A DNA stretch of 64,000 bases from Tubiluchus corallicola (Eukaryota; Animalia; Priapulida). Where the stretch lies: NCBI GenBank assembly GCA_030141605.1, contig JAQGDQ010000114.1:310001-374000 (forward strand). The letters are read 5' to 3'. A program made the translations under genes and the position numbers. The notes under the pieces are model-generated. The model was not told the DNA's origin and searched no databases. It worked only from the letters and a program-made list of their open reading frames with translations. This document shows positions 25,695 to 37,800 of this stretch, piece after piece (position 1 is the stretch's first letter; every line of letters begins with the position of its first letter).

Positions 25695-26595
25695 GCTACT
25701 ATGACGGCGCGAGTCACAGTGTTGCGACTTTATGAAAGCGGGCCAGGGATTTTACGATTCGGAGCTTAATTTCTTTCAAGATGAGCCAAAAATTGTAAAT
25801 ACAATCTTTGCCTGACTCACCATTATGAAACCAACGAATAAATTTTGTGCAACATACTATTATCTAATTTCGTCTTTTGTGTAGAACAATGACGACGTAG
25901 AACATTCAACAAACACATAAAAATTTAACTTCTTGCCTTGCCTTAATTGTCTGCTTTATCCAATCCTGTATCCTACCTTGTTTCGGTATCTCCTCCTGTT
26001 TTTTCTACCTTGTATCTCAAGGCATCAACAAAACAAAATCCTATTTTACTTGAAGGAAGATACTGATGGCAAAGAAGAAAACAAACAGAGCTTTATACTG
26101 TAGTATCTCTTAGCTAAGCCGGATTTTGGACAATGTGTGTAGAGATACAGAGAAATTGCAGTTCACCAGAGTTAGGATGAATCAACTAAAAAATTCTGTT
26201 TTGAAGGGATTTACACCAAATTTCTCTATCGTTTAATTGTACTTTTTATCAAATAAGATACAGCACTTTTATTAGTTAGCAAAAAAACACTGTTAGTTGT
26301 TTTTCAGCGACTTATTTCTTAGGCAGTTAATTAAACAGCAATGTCTGTTGGCTTACGTGTTTTTGCTGGCGATCAGTGCGATGTTTGTACTTACATTTTT
26401 AAAATTTTAAGTGTCAATTTTTAAATTTACCAATGAGAACGATTTTTAGGTTTGCGTGAGTGGAGTTAATGGGTTTTGTAACAAATATACCATCCAATTG
26501 ATTTTGATTCAAAAGCATTGAATTATTATCAATTATTTTTATTACAGTTATTAAATTTTCATGCTTACTTGCTGTACATAAATCAGATGGCCTAA

Positions 26596-27534
26596 GGCTG
26601 CGTTTCCATTGCATCCGCACAGACACGGCTTTACGGTCCTCACATTTTACATCCGCAAAAGTTGTTTCCATTGCAACCACACTCATTCCATATAACACGT
26701 ATAAATACGCCAAAATTTTAGCGCGAAATTCTAGACATGAGCCTTCCTTCCTAGAAACAACTTTTTTATTTTGCTATGATGGTTAAAGAAAAAGGTAAGT
26801 AGGCATTACAGGAAGCGATACTATCGTTTTTGGGTACACCGCCTGGGTCAGTGCGCTCACAGCACCAAAGTATTGGTCGACTTTAACTTGGTGGTGAAAG
26901 CAAACATTGGCAGTTTCAATGGAATCTTATGCGAAGGTTTAAAAATATCTGCTGTATCTTTTCTAACTCTTATTACTAATCTGTTACAGTATCTTTTGAT
27001 TTTACAAATACGTTGTAATTTTACAGCGTGTTTTCTAGTGAAATTTAAAAAGACTAATAGTGTTCACTTTTTTTTATTATAAAGCTAACAATGTTTTGAT
27101 GCTGGTAATTTTCTCCGCTCTAATAGCACAACTACGCAATGGAATTTTCGGGACAAAGTTAAAATACTGTGTCACTAGCGTGTGTGAATATATACTACAC
27201 ATTTTAAAACAAATGCATGCTTAATAGAATTGCAAAACCAGGCCTAAATTTACAGGAAAGTTAAGTTAACAACAAAAACCTTGTAAAATCTCAGTGAATA
27301 TTTTCGGATTTCTTTCGTCATATAGAGCTGGTCTATTTGTATAGCGTTTGTGATTTGTTCGTCCTCCATTACGAAAATGAACTTGTCTTTCCGCACAAAA
27401 ATAAAAGTGCGTGTACGTGGCTGTCCGCGTGGACGCACTGGAAACGACAGACACGTAAAACAATGATTTGCAAAGTTGCGCTAATGTTCCATTTAAAAAG
27501 TCCGTATCTGTGCACGCGCAGTGGAAACGCGGCG
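26596..27534. mobile_element. PIF/Harbinger (Tourist-like) MITE
   Basis: ~33-bp imperfect TIRs GGCTGCGTTTCCATTGCATCCGCACAGACACGG / revcomp CGCCGCGTTTCCACTGCGCGTGCACAGATACGG flanked by TAA on both sides (26593-95, 27535-37). Confidence 0.85.
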
Positions 27535-27714
27535 TAAGAATGTACCGTGTTTGTACAACGACTACCGCGTTTACGGCCGTGCTACTGATTGGCTGAAAAC
27601 GACTTCACTCCACCCTCTTTCTAGAATTCTCAAGCTTTAGCCGCTCTGCTTCAGTACGACACGTGTAGAGTTGCCACTTCTTGAAAGCTTTTCAGCACCA
27701 TTCATGATTAATGA

Positions 27715-28313
27715 GGCGCGGTAAAAATGGCTCAGGAAAAAAATGGCACAAAATTTAATGGAAAAGTAGGTAAAAATGGTACTGCAAAAACAGTACGCTA
27801 AAATGGCATAGGAAAAAATGGGATAAGTGGAAAAATAAGTAAAAGAGGCACAGGAAAAATGGCATTTTAATGCAATTGATTTCTATAATAAAACTAGAAT
27901 GCGCTCAGCAAGAAGCAGATCTCCACAGTACTACTAAACATTATCCTTTAAGACCTCCACGAAATGCCTCATGAATGTTTTTGTACGTGGTGTTCGATCA
28001 ATTTTTGCAAAAAAACGCGAAAAATTCCATTTTGGCACCCTATATATCCGCCTTTCTCTGCAAAGTTTCGTGGAAGTGTGTTAGGTAGTGTTTACGTAAT
28101 AGGTCATAACAGACAAAAATATTCAAACATACTCTGTTGAAGCATAGCTTCCTTCGCAGAGGTAAAAATACTAAAATAATTATCCTTCACAGTAACCCTA
28201 ACCCTAAGCCTAAACTCATATTTTACTAAGTCTTCCCTTTTTTCCTGTGCCATTTTTACCCACTTTTCCATTTTTTCTTAAGCCATTTTTACGGTGCCAT
28301 TTTACAGAGCACC
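27715..28313. mobile_element. Foldback-type element with arms of GGTAAAAATGGCACA subrepeats and a (TAACCC)n tract
   Basis: About six direct units 27720-27864, inverted units 28240-28313, TAACCCTAACCCTAAGCCTAA at 28193-28213. Confidence 0.7.
27892..28165 (-). mobile_element. Helentron-associated (HINE/DINE-1-like) non-autonomous element nested in the foldback
   Basis: Minus strand begins TTACCTCTGCGAAGGAAG and ends GTGGAGATCTGC..GCGCATTCTAGTT, the subterminal-inverted-repeat plus 3' hairpin/CTAGT pattern, inserted in a T-run. Confidence 0.6.
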
Positions 28314-29646
28314 GTTTAAGATGGGGTACAAAATTATGGCACCTAACTCCAAGAAGTAGCAAAGAACTTTTAAACATTGAAACGAAGAAAATAAGCAAAA
28401 AAAGTTGCTGTAACGTCAAATAAAGTGAAAGAAACAGCGATTTGGTCAGCAGGAATAACTCAGTATATCTATTTATAAAAAAGATTTATCTAATAAACTA
28501 AACCATATGAGATTATAGCACAAAATGGCTAAAGTTTGAGTTAGTAAGCAAGTAAGTAAGTTATTATTTTTTCAGACACAAGATTCATAAAATATATTTA
28601 CAAAAAGAAATTGAAATTTACAGAAACCATAATAACAAAACTCCAAGTCGGTAACATAAAAAGCTACAATGAAGTTTCAGCCTTAACTTCATTACCAATT
28701 ACAGAAATGCATGAATGAGTCAAAAACGCCAAAATATAGTAAAATTTTATGACCCACAACTGTTTTTTTAGTTTTTAGTTTCTACTGTCCCACGTGCAAT
28801 GACAATACTGTGCCAATGTTACACAACGAAATGACAAAAGAAAGAAGTTACTTATATATGAAGGGTTAGGCCGTTAGGGTGATCCTATTGCTTGATAACT
28901 CTGAAACTTTTAGGCGGCAGTATAAACATGTCTAGAGTCTAAAATTCAAACATTTCGTCAGTTACATTTCGTTTCGTCAGTTACAATACATTACTTTTCA
29001 TACTTGTTCCACATGACCAAAACCAAGATTTAAGTGACATGAATATTCGGGAGAGAAGGATTTTAAAGTCGGTTGTCCAGACAGTGTGGTCCTCACAGGG
29101 ACGTTATGGTAAAGGACTTTTCTACCGCTACGCTTATGAATCCTAGATCGATTGCAAATGAGTTGCAATTCAGTACGCGATTGCATGCAGTTCTATAAAA
29201 CCTATCAATAACCGTGTACCAAATGGACTTTTCACGTGCAGCAAACGGCCTGTCCCAAAGTGCCAATACTGCAGAAAGGTTGCTATGGGTAACTACATCA
29301 ACTACACAATATTTTTGCTGCGCCGGTATTGATTGTCAACCCCAAACACTTATTACCAAGCACTTTCCGTTATATCCATTAGCTAGCGCTGCCCGTGATC
29401 AAATTTATAATATTAAGAGCAAAGCAAACATCAGTGTTGTAGTTCGCGTAACAAGATTTTAAACTGTGAATATTTTTTTTATTAAAAAACTAAATCTCAG
29501 AAAAAGCTGAATGGTAAATGCAATTTGTGTACGTGATTTCAATACCACGTAATTTGCAAGTGTGTATGTAACGGTTTAGATTTCTGCGAAAATGAGGAAT
29601 TTGATTGTCGTTTAGAAAATGATTTGAATAATTTAAACTGTGCAAA

Positions 29647-32600
29647 ATGTCGGACAAGGAAATCCTATTAAAAGTCACTAGTGCGGCGCCGTTGGGGGAG
29701 ACTACGGGTAAACAGGCGCCGACTAGTTCAGTAAAGAGTTCTGGTGGAAGAAAGTGGAATAGAAATCTTGCCACGATTGTCGTTGCCAATAAAACCCAGC
29801 TCGATCCAAATGCCAGTTTCGGAGGAAACCTTGATCTGAGCAGATCAAGTTTGAGAGGTGATTTAACTGATGAACAGAGAAAAACCTACGGGCGCTTGTC
29901 GGTGGATTCCAGAGGAGAAACGCCACAGTCCACAGTCGACATGCGACATTCAATTGATATAAGGTATGCAAAACATTTTTGAACATCGTAAAACAGGTCA
30001 GTTTTTACATAAAAAGTTCGTTTTTTTCTATTGTTGTCTTATCCAAGCTGCCACGATTAAATATGTGAGTCTATGTGGCAGCTTGGATAAGGCAACAACA
30101 GAAAAAACAAAATGCTACTTTTTGTGGTTTGATATGAGCGTTAATTCTTTCAAACCCGTGCCTAAAATGACCACTTGACAAACACGTGACACTTAATCGC
30201 TTGATAATTGTGGAAAAGGTTTTGTTCTTTCTGCTGAACGTTTATTCAAGGAAGCGCGTTATTCTGACACATGCAAAAATTGTCAGAACACTCGGCCAGA
30301 CAAAAGACATTATTAGCCGAACTGCAAGATGTAATGTTAATGAAATTTGAATCAATAAAAAGTAAATTTTAATGACAAATAAACAATTAATATATATAAT
30401 ATTATTAATAAGAAGTGAAAATAGGTTATACCGTGTTAATTATTGATTAGCATAGATAGCTAGGCCTATATTTCAAAATAGATTTTTAAATAGACTGAAT
30501 CTGAATTACAAGGAACTTAACGAGAACTTAATCAATATTTTGTGTGTTTCATTTATTAATACACAAATGTTGATGCCAATTTTTTGAACGCGTACTGGTA
30601 GTAGGTTGAAGATCTACACACACAAGGCCTATAGTTGGTACCAGGCATATAAGATTACTACCCAGACTCTAAGTCTAGAGTAAATGAATTTTGTTTGACA
30701 ATACTTGTACTGCGGGGCTCATTTCGGTTATGTTGCAGAGCAGCAATGCAACAAGCAGCAGCTGCAGCATTGGAGCAGCAAGACGAAACGGAAACGGATA
30801 AGCAAAAGACGGTTATGGCAAACTCAGATTCGTGGATTCGTTCAGCCATCCCTATTTTACCTCTATGGCTTTCCATACTCTGTCTTACCCTAAACATCAT
30901 ACTTCCTGGCACCGGTAAATTATATAAGCTGTATAATGGTTTTATAATCGATTGCCACGCTCGACCATCTCTTGTAAGTTATTCTACAAAGTCTGATAAC
31001 AGGTATAAGACTGTACAAAGTTGCGCACAGCACTTGCAACGGAGTAGATGTCTCAGGGAAGATCAAAACTTCATGTGAAAAATTGCAACAAAAAACATAA
31101 AAATAATTTAATTGAAACATCTGTTTGCAAAAGCTTAGAATAACACAAAGGGTCTCAACACGGACCCTTTCGGGACCAAGCGGATCTCGAGATCGGCAAG
31201 GACCGGATTTATCAATGATCTTGATTACGAACGCTTTTTAGCAAGGGGATCACAGGGGATAGCAACTAGAGCTAAGTACGATTTATCAGTTTCTTAACTT
31301 ACAAGCTTTCGAGTTTCATTATCGCGCTTGACAGATACTTGAGAATTGGTCGTAAGTATTTGCATAAGATCGCTCTTACACTTGTTCTTACAAAAGCAAT
31401 TAAAAGTTGGGCACAAGTGTTGTGCACTGCGTATTACCTCTAAAAGGATAATTCGAATGACATTATTATTATCTTAATGATAAGTTATAAACGTTATAAG
31501 ATGGAAATAAACATGCGAAACCGAACAAACGATTGGTAAACATTTGAATGTCTAAACTAGCTTAAAAATGATACTGACGAGTAGTCATATGCTACTACAA
31601 ATAATAACTGGACATGCTCTTTGCTTATACACTAAAGCCGGGAATGACAGCGGTGATCTCGAGACTGGAAAATCTGCCCGGAATTGAGATCACTAGATAA
31701 GAATAAGGCCTGAGAAACGTTTCAAATAATGGGGTATTGTATTTCATTTCTCACTAAACAGATTTTTTATCAGTTTATATTAAATTTTTTAAAAGAAATC
31801 ATTTTTATTTTTCGACCTGAAACAGAAAAGAAGATATTGTTAAAATGCAGAATATTTGAAGATCCAGTAAAGCTGTTCACCCATAGCAAAAATACCAACA
31901 ACCCCGTTATTTAGAAACATTCTACTGGCATACAAAAATATTTTTGTAGGAACGATATTAAGTGGAGTGACTGTGTTCTTCTGCGGTCAGCCTAGAATCT
32001 ATGGAAGAGATGATCCAGTATTGTCCACGTTTTGTGTAAACATGTGGGTGGGAATGGCACAAATGTTCACAGTCACCTTTCTCCTAGTGGGGTGGTTTTG
32101 GAGCATTTCGTGGGGAGTCTACATGATTTCACTTACAGGTATATTATTACTATCAATAAAATGCAAATAAATTTGTAACATTTGTGGCAATAAGTATGAA
32201 TTATAAAGGTTCATAATAATAGTAAAGATTAAATAATTAGCTAATTATATATAATTATGAAACACAGATTGTGGCAACATTTTTGAAAGCAGATTTCTTT
32301 ACAGCTTCATGTGAGTTTTAATGAGTGTTCTAAAGATTAGTAATCCTACACTCAGGCTTCAACCTCTTTTGATGACTCGAACTTTGATTAAACCAAGTCA
32401 AATGAAACTGCATATACAAATAAACAATTGTGTCAATAGCATAAAAGCTACATAATTATTCAAATTGAGAAATTGATCCACGAGAACTTATGACTGGAAT
32501 TAATGGAAATTGTTCAAGCTGAGTGAAAAAATGATGTATACTTGTAAAGTGAACAAGTTAAAATAAGGTAGTCAAAATGCCATTAGTTTTATCCTAAATT

Positions 32601-34241
32601 TGTTTATTTTGCATGGCAATTAGCACAGTTGAGTACTGATATTACAAAAGCATGTATTTTTTTTAAACTGAGCTAATTCTTAATGATAAGCAATAATGCA
32701 ATTAATAAACAATCTGGCAAAAAACAAAACCAAAGAAATAATGTTTCAATCCACAACTTGTGCTTTCTGTGTTTTCCTCTCATGATTTACTGTGGGCTCC
32801 ATGCTTACTAAGTGATTGAATTTTTTTGGGGGTTGTATTTTCTGTGCTTATTAGTTAATGAGTTAATATTATAAAATAAAAAAGTATTTAGTGATTGTTT
32901 GCACATTTTTCTTCACTTGAAGCTAGTCCACAGTGATGGACTGAAATATCGTCTTTCTACTTTTCTGCGTTGTGGGATTCTTTTATCAAATGTACTTACT
33001 TCGAAAAATAATTTTAGCAGAAGTATCAAAACGTTAACCAAGAAACTGCATACTAAAAGGCCTGGATTAATCATTGAGCAAAATAACGTGCTTAGTGCCT
33101 CAGGACAAGAGAGGCCTACACAAAAGCAAATATATCGTAACAAGTGTGGCAGTTTCTGTGTTTGTTTACAATATGAATTATATGATGGTATGGATGGACA
33201 TCGAGGTTATGGTTACTGAGCAGCCTGAGCTACTCAATGCCTATATGATGACACTAACTGAGTATATGATGTGTATATTTACATACATTAAGTTGACCAA
33301 CATTGATTTCTCTAAAAAAACCGTTAAGAAAATATTTCTTTTTGCATACAACATCAATTTCATTAAGAATTGAAAGGGTTTCAACAATGTTTGCTAGGAT
33401 AAGCTTTGTTCATTGTATATTATGCTGATTCTTTGTAATAAGCTGCTTAAAGTTTATTGGTATGAAATTTGCATTTTATAAGATTGAGGCATATGAAAAA
33501 TGATTTAGAGTCATCTCTGTTCTTTTAATCTAATATCGCTCTTCGACGCCTTAGTATTTATTGTAATTAAGTCTTTCTTAACATTTATTTTCAAAATGCA
33601 TTTGCCAGTATTTTTTCATTTCGAAAGATACAATTTCATTTTACAGTTTAGTATTGCTTTTATACTGAATTACACATATCGGTGCCATAATGTTTTCAGT
33701 GCTTCCAGTCTTCCTCTTGCAGTCTTAATCCGGCCCTGTATGCTAAGTTAAATAAACTGGAAACTATTCTGTGGCAAATGACAGAGACAAATGAAATACT
33801 TAATACTTGAATACCTAAAACATAGTCACATATAATCATACAAAATGCTTATTTTGGGAAGCACTTGTACGATGATACACCTGAATTAAACATACTCAAA
33901 ACACTCAACTTGAATAACAATTATCATCAAATTAAACACTTTTCCTGAGTACCATCCAGGCTGAGTAACTATGTAATCAAGCCGATACAGAACTTGTTAT
34001 AGGAAACACTAGAGATGTGCTCAAATTAGATGTTTGTACTATTGAACCAGTTGAATAATTATATAAGTAACCAAATTAAATACTCATACAGAGAAAGGTC
34101 CACTCAAGTTGAGAAGTAAACTGTACAAACAGATAACATGATATTTTACTTTATACAGAGGAAGCCAGACGGCGAAGAAACCGGGAGTTAACTGCACTAG
34201 CACTAAATGCATTTGGAGGAAGCCGAATGTCTCGATCATAA
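29647..34241 (+). CDS. STUM: Protein stum homolog (SPEC3/Stum family membrane protein), ~254 aa; exons 29647-29963, 30739-30914, 31950-32138, 34159-34241
   Basis: AIPILPLWLSILCLTLNIILPGTGTILSG and NMWVGMAQMFTVTFLLVGWFWSISWG are the SPEC3/Stum signature; exons join in phase. Confidence 0.88.
30022..30107. repeat. Near-perfect inverted repeat (33-bp stem, 20-nt loop) in stum intron 1
   Basis: TTTTTTCTATTGTTGTCTTATCCAAGCTGCCAC (30022-30054) pairs with GTGGCAGCTTGGATAAGGCAACAACAGAAAAAA (30075-30107); 31/33 Watson-Crick. Confidence 0.92.
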
Positions 34242-34889
34242 TGAATCGTCTATTTACCAAAATAGAGAACCGTCCAATATTAAAAGTATAACTATGATTA
34301 AGTTAGGTGCCCTGGGATTTCACATTTTTGCAGCAAAAGGCTTAAATAGTACAGTGGAGTCACAGTTTCACACAACACCATTTCACATATAACGTTTTTT
34401 CCCAAACAGTCAACTGTTAAACATTTTAGTAATGAAACCCAGGCAAGCTGCAATTCACTGAAAGTAAGAAATATGAGCAACTATAGCATTGTGTGACTGA
34501 AAGTCTGATGCAGGTGTATTTTCTTTCGCCACATATGGTACAATCCCAGATCATTTGCGACACTTTATATTTAATATGAACTAATAGTATGTATTGCACA
34601 GTGCACATAGTTGTAAACGATACTGTATGTCAAAACTGGCACCATTATCGAGAACGTTCAGCAACTTGTGTACAAAAAAGTGCTAATGTACTTAAAATCT
34701 GTGATGACCGGTTATGTAAGAATCTCTTTTACCATCAGAATGCTCACAGAATCCTGTATTTGAATACAATCACAATCCACTAACAGCATTTCAGGTACAA
34801 GCATTCCACAGAGGCATTTATGTTAAATCACCCTTTCACTGAGATCACAGTCTCACAGAGCTTAAATGGACAGTTGCTACAAGAAGTTT

Positions 34890-37800
34890 TTAATACCACC
34901 ATGAAGGAGCACGCTCGCGGTCATCTTTAATACCAAGACTGTCCATTATGTCTTGTTCAAAAGTTGTCAGCCTTGGCACAAAAGTAACTTTTTCCAATTC
35001 AGTAGTCACTGTATCTTTCTGTTGTTCTATAAAATAAAGTTCAGTCACTAATTATTGCAAGATTTCTTTTAAATTAAAACATCTTAACTCCAAAACTTGT
35101 TAGAGCAAAAGTTGAAACTTCAATTTTTTGTGCACAAGTAAGAATATTCCTTTTGGGGGCATGTGCATAGATTGCACATTTAGTTAATGTTCAGTGGTTT
35201 TTTTCCTGGACAGTCATACATCGTGGATAGTCATACATCCAGCAAATAATTTTTTTGCTGCACTAAATTAATTATAATAGGTTCTGTATATGCACTAAAC
35301 TTCTCAGAGATTCACGGAAACTTAAATTTTACCCAAAGCTGTTTAATAATAGTAGCTCAAATTTGAACCGTCTGTTAACCTTTAAAATAACATGAAAAGC
35401 CACATGATACATGTATACATGAGAATATAAACAGGGATAGATTCATGTATATTTTTGTCAGGGGTCATCTGTTTTCTCAGCATTTGCCTTATGTATGGTA
35501 ACAAGTTGACTAACTTTCTTATGATTTTGCGCAGAACAGTAATTGTGACCCAGGTTGGTAAATTCACTTCTGTGTTTTGTATTTTAATATTGTAATTCGA
35601 ATCAGTCCATAATCAAACAATATCTTTATGAGTAAAGTTTCATGGTTTGAACCCAAAATCAAAATGCATTTAGTACCTGTTGTTGATTCACTGTATTCTT
35701 AATCCAAAGAGTTTTATTATTACATAACAAACATGACCTGTTATTCACTCAAAATTAAAATGCAAATTTTAGTATTTTAGTATTAGCAAGAGTGACCACA
35801 TTCTACTGACCCACTAATTTATAGTACGTGTACTTTCTTTATTTTGGATTACTTAATTATATAGTGAATGTCATAATTCTAAAAATTAATAATGCTTCCT
35901 AAATTAAACTGACAACAGTAATTTTCATGCACACCAGTGTCTAATGATCATTTTCTATATAAAAGACTAGGTGACTTTATAGTCTTTTTGCTATCCTTTC
36001 TCTAGTTTTATATCTATCTATTGTAACTATTCTTTATCAATTATTATTGATTCTGTTATTAATAATGTTCTATTGTAGTGTTTTAAAGAGAAAAAAATTG
36101 AAATAGAATTAAAAAAGCTGAATTGAATTATTAACAAATTACAGTTTTAATGAATGTTTGGAATCAAATTTTACAAAAATGTCTATTGCCATCCCCATAA
36201 CATGAAAACTGACCTGGTGTTTCTGTGAATGATAGCACAGCAATGAATGTGTCGATAGCACACAACTATTTCATAAGTTAGTATTTATTAGTTTAGAGAT
36301 ATCATCTATAGCAGTCAGAACTTCGTGTTAGCTACATAATGTCATACTCAGGTGTCATTGAATTTACGCAGCTTATTAATTGTTATGAAGAAATGAATTT
36401 TGACGTTGATGCTATTTTAATACTTGATTGCATTAAAATACCTACCAACATAAGCATCTTTAGTCTTATAGTCTTTTGTTTCCTCAATAGCACTAGAGAA
36501 AGGTATTATTCGACCTGTGCGAGTTGAAATTCGAACTCTCTCACCTTGTTCGGTGTATCTCCACTCTACAGCTGTAGGCATGCTAATTAAAAAAGGTGAA
36601 ATAAATTACAAAAAATAACATGAGTAATTTGTGATCAACTCGAAGTTTTAAAGAATAGCCAAGAAAACATTTTCAGGACAAAACAACATACTACAAGTAA
36701 ACTGTTGTACGCATTTGGGAACCAATGACAAGATATTCTGATAGCATCTGTTTAAGATGCCAAACTGGTGAAAGAGACATAATGCAGCAACTGACTTTCA
36801 ATGAGCAAAGGACTGCAAGGTTGATCACAGGTCCGACCTGACCAGATTGATAATACAACTTTGCAGCCTGTCAAGTTGGTACTAATAACCTCTTTATTAC
36901 CTATGTACATATTACGCCTGTAATCATGCAAAATGCAATCAGGCACAGCCACCAGCTTCATGCAAGAAAATTATAAAACATTTTGTACAGTGCAGACAAT
37001 GATGGCGTGTACAGTTGTTCAGCATCGTGCATCCAGCACACAACAAAACGCATCCAGCAAACACAATACTGCATATTCCGTTTTTGCTGGATGCTAGGTG
37101 AGGAAAACCTATAGCTAGTCTGGTTTTATTAAAATAATTGTGTTTTAGAAGTTTAGATGAGAACAGCAGTACAGTCTACAATGGACATATTTATAGGTAA
37201 ATTACATCAGCCATTTTGTTTACTATGTGTTTTTATGATGCAAATTCTTTGCATTTCTTGAAAGATTTGAGCTTCACATAATGGGAATTCTGCAGCGACT
37301 TTTTATCGCAAAAACAACATGTAACAATACTGCATATAATTTCAGTGCACTCACTTATCTGAAGGGTCTACTAAAGCAATGTCTTCGACAACATCGAGAG
37401 GCAGTTCCCGTTTTACCATAGTCGGAGGCATCCCAGGATCTTGATCAACAAATTTGTATTCCTGAAGATTATAAATATGGGTTATTAGCTAGGAAAATAA
37501 AAAGGACACATTTTCGTAATTAACAACCAATACTTACGGCATGACATAAAAAATGTTACAAACTCTTAAATTTTTAACATATTCCTAACTTTTTGTTAGT
37601 TCCTAGTAAGGAGCATGTTCCTTATGCTCTTCAGTTGGTAGACAGCTGATCTACTTTAGTTTAGGAAAATTCTGACTTTTCAAAATATTCCAGTCAGTGA
37701 TGCAGAAGGTCATTCCAGAACTACCCACACATTCAACGTCTGCTGCCAGCAGTAAAAATTTGTACTGACAACAAGTAAAACTTTCTCAGCTGCTAATTTA

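Noticed and set aside
27720-27864. Short repeats with variable spacers as a CRISPR-like array
   Set aside because: Units are ~15 nt, degenerate, mirrored in inverted orientation, in a eukaryotic TE; no cas genes.
31574-31605. CTGACGA-GTAGT..ACTAC-AAA hammerhead-like core
   Set aside because: G12 missing and no stems I/III.
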